DNA of 31,111 bases from assembly GCA_009781325.1 (NCBI GenBank), contig WQYJ01000001.1:1-31111 (forward strand). The letters are read 5' to 3'. Position 1 is the first letter of the stretch, and each line of letters opens with the position of its first letter. This document shows, in pieces, positions 27,907-31,111 of the stretch. A program made the position numbers and the translations under genes. This stretch comes from Propionibacteriaceae bacterium. GTDB taxonomy: Bacteria; Actinomycetota; Actinomycetes; Propionibacteriales; Propionibacteriaceae. The notes under the pieces are model-generated. The model was not told the DNA's origin. It saw only the letters and a program-made list of their open reading frames with translations, and did not search any database.

Positions 27907-29006
27907 TCAATCAACACAGGTACGTACCTCTCAGCAGAGGTCAGTGCGCCGTGCATCCCAACCAAGTGAAACTCACCAGGGAAAGCGGAGGATAAGTACG
28001 CCTGCCCGCCATTCGATATAGCAATAACGTCACCAATCCGCGATAGGAACTTCGGGTCTACCTTGCCGAAGCACCCCTGTTCAATGGCCTGGTTTTTCGT
28101 CATCACTGAGGCTTCATCTCCCAAGAATGCGGACCAACGCTCAACTACAGCCTGAGGTTGAGATACATACAGATGCCGAAACCTTGCCTCCCCGCCGACA
28201 TAGCGCAAATCCTGGGATAACTGCGGGGTTGAATCGATGACAATTCGGTCCTCAGGAGCAACATCGACCATTCCGTGATCGCCGGTCACCAGGAGAACCA
28301 CATCGTCATCGAGGCGGGCTCTCAGGTCCGCCAAAAACTTATCAATCACCATCAGCGTACGCAGCCACACCGGTGAAGCAACACCGTACTGATGTCCCGC
28401 TGAATCAAGACGAGAGTCATAAACATAGACCACCGACCGATCGGATTTCCTGGACGCATAGTCGATCGCGTCCAGGCGAACATCAGGGTCGTCGAGGTCA
28501 ATACCGATCTGAAAAGCCGATTGTGTACTCATCAAAGTCAGCCCGGAACCGATGTGCTCTGCTGGGATGACGCAACTGACCGCGATGGATGCCTCCACCA
28601 TGGCATCCATCACCCGTGGCGCAGTCTCCAACGGATACTCCAAAGACAGCGGAACGGTGACCTGGCGTCTGTTCTTTTCGTTACCCAAGCGGAAGGAGAA
28701 ACCTACGATTCCATGCATACCTGATGACACCCCGGTCCATAAACTCATCAGCGAGGCTGAGGTCGTTGACGGTATGGCGGAGCGTACCTTTTTCGCATCC
28801 CCGATGACTTCTGCGATGTAAGGAACATGGCTCAAGGATTTCATCACAAGATCCCAACCGAAACCGTCGATGAGGACCACAACATACCGCTTCGATGCGG
28901 GCAAGCCTATCCTGTCGTCGTCGAACCCCGGCACACCCAGATGTGCTCCCAGACTTGGCAGCAGGTCAGATAAAAGTAAACTGTTGTCAGTCGAAGTAAT
29001 GCTCAC
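27903..29006 (-). CDS. Alkaline phosphatase superfamily (nucleotide pyrophosphatase/phosphodiesterase-like) protein
   Basis: VLIDGFG, PSTTSASL, LDSAGH, TGDHGM, GMHGAL. Start is the GTG at 29006 or the ATG at 29015. Confidence 0.85.
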   Translation of the reverse strand: MSITSTDNSLLLSDLLPSLGAHLGVPGFDDDRIGLPASKRYVVVLIDGFGWDLVMKSLSHVPYIAEVIGDAKKVRSAIPSTTSASLMSLWTGVSSGMHGIVGFSFRLGNEKNRRQVTVPLSLEYPLETAPRVMDAMVEASIAVSCVIPAEHIGSGLTLMSTQSAFQIGIDLDDPDVRLDAIDYASRKSDRSVVYVYDSRLDSAGHQYGVASPVWLRTLMVIDKFLADLRARLDDDVVLLVTGDHGMVDVAPEDRIVIDSTPQLSQDLRYVGGEARFRHLYVSQPQAVVERWSAFLGDEASVMTKNQAIEQGCFGKVDPKFLSRIGDVIAISNGGQAYLSSAFPGEFHLVGMHGALTSAERYVPVLID

Positions 29007-29023
29007 ACCTACCATCCTCTCAG

Positions 29024-30106
29024 ATGGATGTGAGTTCGCAGACCACCCGGAAAAGGAGATTCGTGCGAAAACGACCGTTTTTGGCCGCCCGGATTGAGAA
29101 GCAAATCAATCGGCAAATCGGAGTGACCCTGCGCCGCTTTGGTTGGCGCGATGCTGTTGTGGCTTACACCGGGTACGGTTCCCAGAAACGCCTGCGCGTT
29201 CTTGCACGTGTCGTCCTGGCTCCCCACGGGGCCACAGGGATCAACACCACCCGAGAGGAAATCTGGGCAGCGCGGCGCGGCTGGCGGAACTTCTTCTCTG
29301 TTCCGGCTGTCAATCGTCCTGTTCAGGTTTCTGTTCATGGGCAGATCACTCACGCCATCACCGACCGCAATGGGTACGTTGACATCGCCGTGAGCCCCCA
29401 TGATCTGCGTCCTGGGTGGCATCATGTCTATATCTCCACCGGTGATTCCGAGCCGACTGTTGCTCCAGTGCTCGTAATTGGCGATGATGTGAGATTCGGT
29501 GTCATCTCTGACATCGACGATACGATCCTGACCAGTTATCTGCCGCGTCTGCTCACTGCGGCCTACAACTCTTTTGTTCTTCGCGAGTCTGCGCGCGTAC
29601 CGGTGCCGGGGATGGCGCAGATGTATTCTGCAATCCTGCGCAAACACCCTGGCGCTCCGCTGATCTATCTGTCTACCGGAGCCTGGAGTACCAAGCCTTT
29701 CCTGGAGCGCTTCATTGGACGCCACGGCTATCCTTCCGGGCCGATGCTGCTGACTGACTGGGGGCCCACAAACACAGGATGGTTCCGTTCCGGGCCAGCC
29801 CACAAGAGGGCTTCCCTCGCTTCGTTGGCCCGTGATTTTCCGCAGATTCGCTGGCTCTTGGTCGGAGATGATGGTCAGCATGATCCGTGGATCTATGCGG
29901 AGTTTGCGCGCAAGAGACCAGAGAACGTAGCTGGGATTGCCATCAGGGAGTTGGCGACCATGGAACAGGTCCTCGCCCATGGAACCCCGGTGGAAATGAT
30001 GCTCTTCCCCGCGACGACACCTTCTGGGATCCTGGAAGTACGGGCCCCCGATGGCTACCATCTACTCCCGCTAGTCCAAGCCATGTTGGAAAAGAGACTT
30101 CGGTAG
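29024..30106 (+). CDS. App1-family phosphatidate phosphatase (DUF2183)
   Basis: ISDIDDT HAD-like motif, YLSTGAW, GPMLLTDWGPT, LVGDDGQHDP, IAIR. Confidence 0.87.
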   Translation: MDVSSQTTRKRRFVRKRPFLAARIEKQINRQIGVTLRRFGWRDAVVAYTGYGSQKRLRVLARVVLAPHGATGINTTREEIWAARRGWRNFFSVPAVNRPVQVSVHGQITHAITDRNGYVDIAVSPHDLRPGWHHVYISTGDSEPTVAPVLVIGDDVRFGVISDIDDTILTSYLPRLLTAAYNSFVLRESARVPVPGMAQMYSAILRKHPGAPLIYLSTGAWSTKPFLERFIGRHGYPSGPMLLTDWGPTNTGWFRSGPAHKRASLASLARDFPQIRWLLVGDDGQHDPWIYAEFARKRPENVAGIAIRELATMEQVLAHGTPVEMMLFPATTPSGILEVRAPDGYHLLPLVQAMLEKRLR

Positions 30107-30151
30107 CGTGTCCAGAAGCTGTGTGGACTCATCATTCGATAGCATGGCTCG

Positions 30152-31111
30152 GTGCGAGGAGCTGTGGCCAAAGTAGAAACAGACGAGGATATCGAGGAAA
30201 GAATCGTCGATATCGAGGTCGAAGAGGAGATGGAAGCCTCCTTCCTTGAGTACGCCTATTCCGTGATTTATTCCCGTGCACTTCCCGATGCTCGCGACGG
30301 CCTTAAGCCTGTTCAGCGCCGAATTTTGTTTTCGATGAATGACATGGGGATTCGCCCGGATCGTCCTCATGTGAAATGTGCTCGTGTTGTGGGCCAGGTG
30401 ATGGGTGTTCTTCACCCGCACGGTGACACTGCGATCTATGATGCTCTGGTACGCATCGGTCAGCCCTGGGCACAGCGGCTCACCCTGGTCGATGGTCATG
30501 GCAACTTCGGGTCTCTCGATTCTGGGCCTGCCGCGATGAGGTACACCGAGTGCCGGATGGCACCTGCCGCCCTGGCTATGACCACCGGACTCGACGAAGA
30601 TGTGGTGGACTTCCGTCCGAACTATGACGGGAAAGAATCCGAGCCTGTTGTTCTGCCGGCGGCGATTCCTAATCTGGCGGTGAATGGCTGCTCAGGGATT
30701 GCTGTAGGCATGGCCACCAACATGGCCCCTCATAATCTTGTCGAGGTTGTGGGTGCGCTCAAGCATCTGCTTTCTGACAAGGAAGCTACCACCGACGATC
30801 TGATGCGCTTTGTTCCCGGCCCTGATCTTCCCACTGGCGGCAAGATCATCGGGCTCGACGGAATCCGGGATGCCTACGAAACTGGCCGCGGTTCCTTCAA
30901 GATCCGAGCCACCACCCGCATCGAACAAGTCAGCCCTCGGCGCAAGGGAATCGTTGTCACCGAACTGCCGTACCAGATCGGCCCTGAGAAGATCATGGAG
31001 CAGATCAAGGCACTGGTAGAAAAGAAGACCATCACCGGTGTAGCAGACATGAAGGATCTCACCGATCTGAAGAATGGTACGCGCCTGGTCATCGAGGTGA
31101 AGAACGGGATC
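30152..31111 (+). CDS. parC: Type II topoisomerase A subunit, actinobacterial topoisomerase IV (ParC-like); 3'-truncated by the window edge
   Basis: Hand translation gives [38 protein letters not shown] and PAAMRYTE (catalytic Tyr at 30542). The [11 protein letters not shown] signature and non-origin context favour ParC over GyrA. GTG start lies 6 nt after TAGCAT. Confidence 0.85.
   Translation, partial: MRGAVAKVETDEDIEERIVDIEVEEEMEASFLEYAYSVIYSRALPDARDGLKPVQRRILFSMNDMGIRPDRPHVKCARVVGQVMGVLHPHGDTAIYDALVRIGQPWAQRLTLVDGHGNFGSLDSGPAAMRYTECRMAPAALAMTTGLDEDVVDFRPNYDGKESEPVVLPAAIPNLAVNGCSGIAVGMATNMAPHNLVEVVGALKHLLSDKEATTDDLMRFVPGPDLPTGGKIIGLDGIRDAYETGRGSFKIRATTRIEQVSPRRKGIVVTELPYQIGPEKIMEQIKALVEKKTITGVADMKDLTDLKNGTRLVIEVKNGI

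Noticed and set aside
29009-30061. 350-aa minus-strand ORF
   Set aside because: Fully antisense to the App1-family gene, which has intact motifs, and has no recognisable motif itself.

Overview
Housekeeping (core-genome) region of an actinobacterium, probably Propionibacteriales-like, judged from the gene set and order: purF-purM-DUF3073; tRNA-Tyr/Thr/Met-rpmG; DUF3000-rnd-dxs-acnA; DUF3710-dut-DUF4193-sepH-topoisomerase IV A. About 31 CDSs and 3 tRNAs. rpmG and the truncated topoisomerase gene are missing from the ORF track and were translated by hand. No integrase, transposase, CRISPR array or defence genes are visible. The unexplained signals are non-coding. (1) A 30-bp repeat family (15 copies at two loci 15 kb apart) arranged as palindromes around a conserved 10-nt A-rich centre, with tandemly amplified arms. 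(2) A promoter-bounded structured RNA candidate (about 7415-7570, minus) with C-rich loops and terminator/antiterminator-like alternative pairing, just upstream of an M20 peptidase. (3) A second, unrelated REP/BIME-like repeat cluster at 26291-26514. Many genes appear leaderless (TANNNT 6-7 nt before the start codon), which lets several ORF-track starts be corrected. Domain and family names are from my recognition of motifs, not from database searches.
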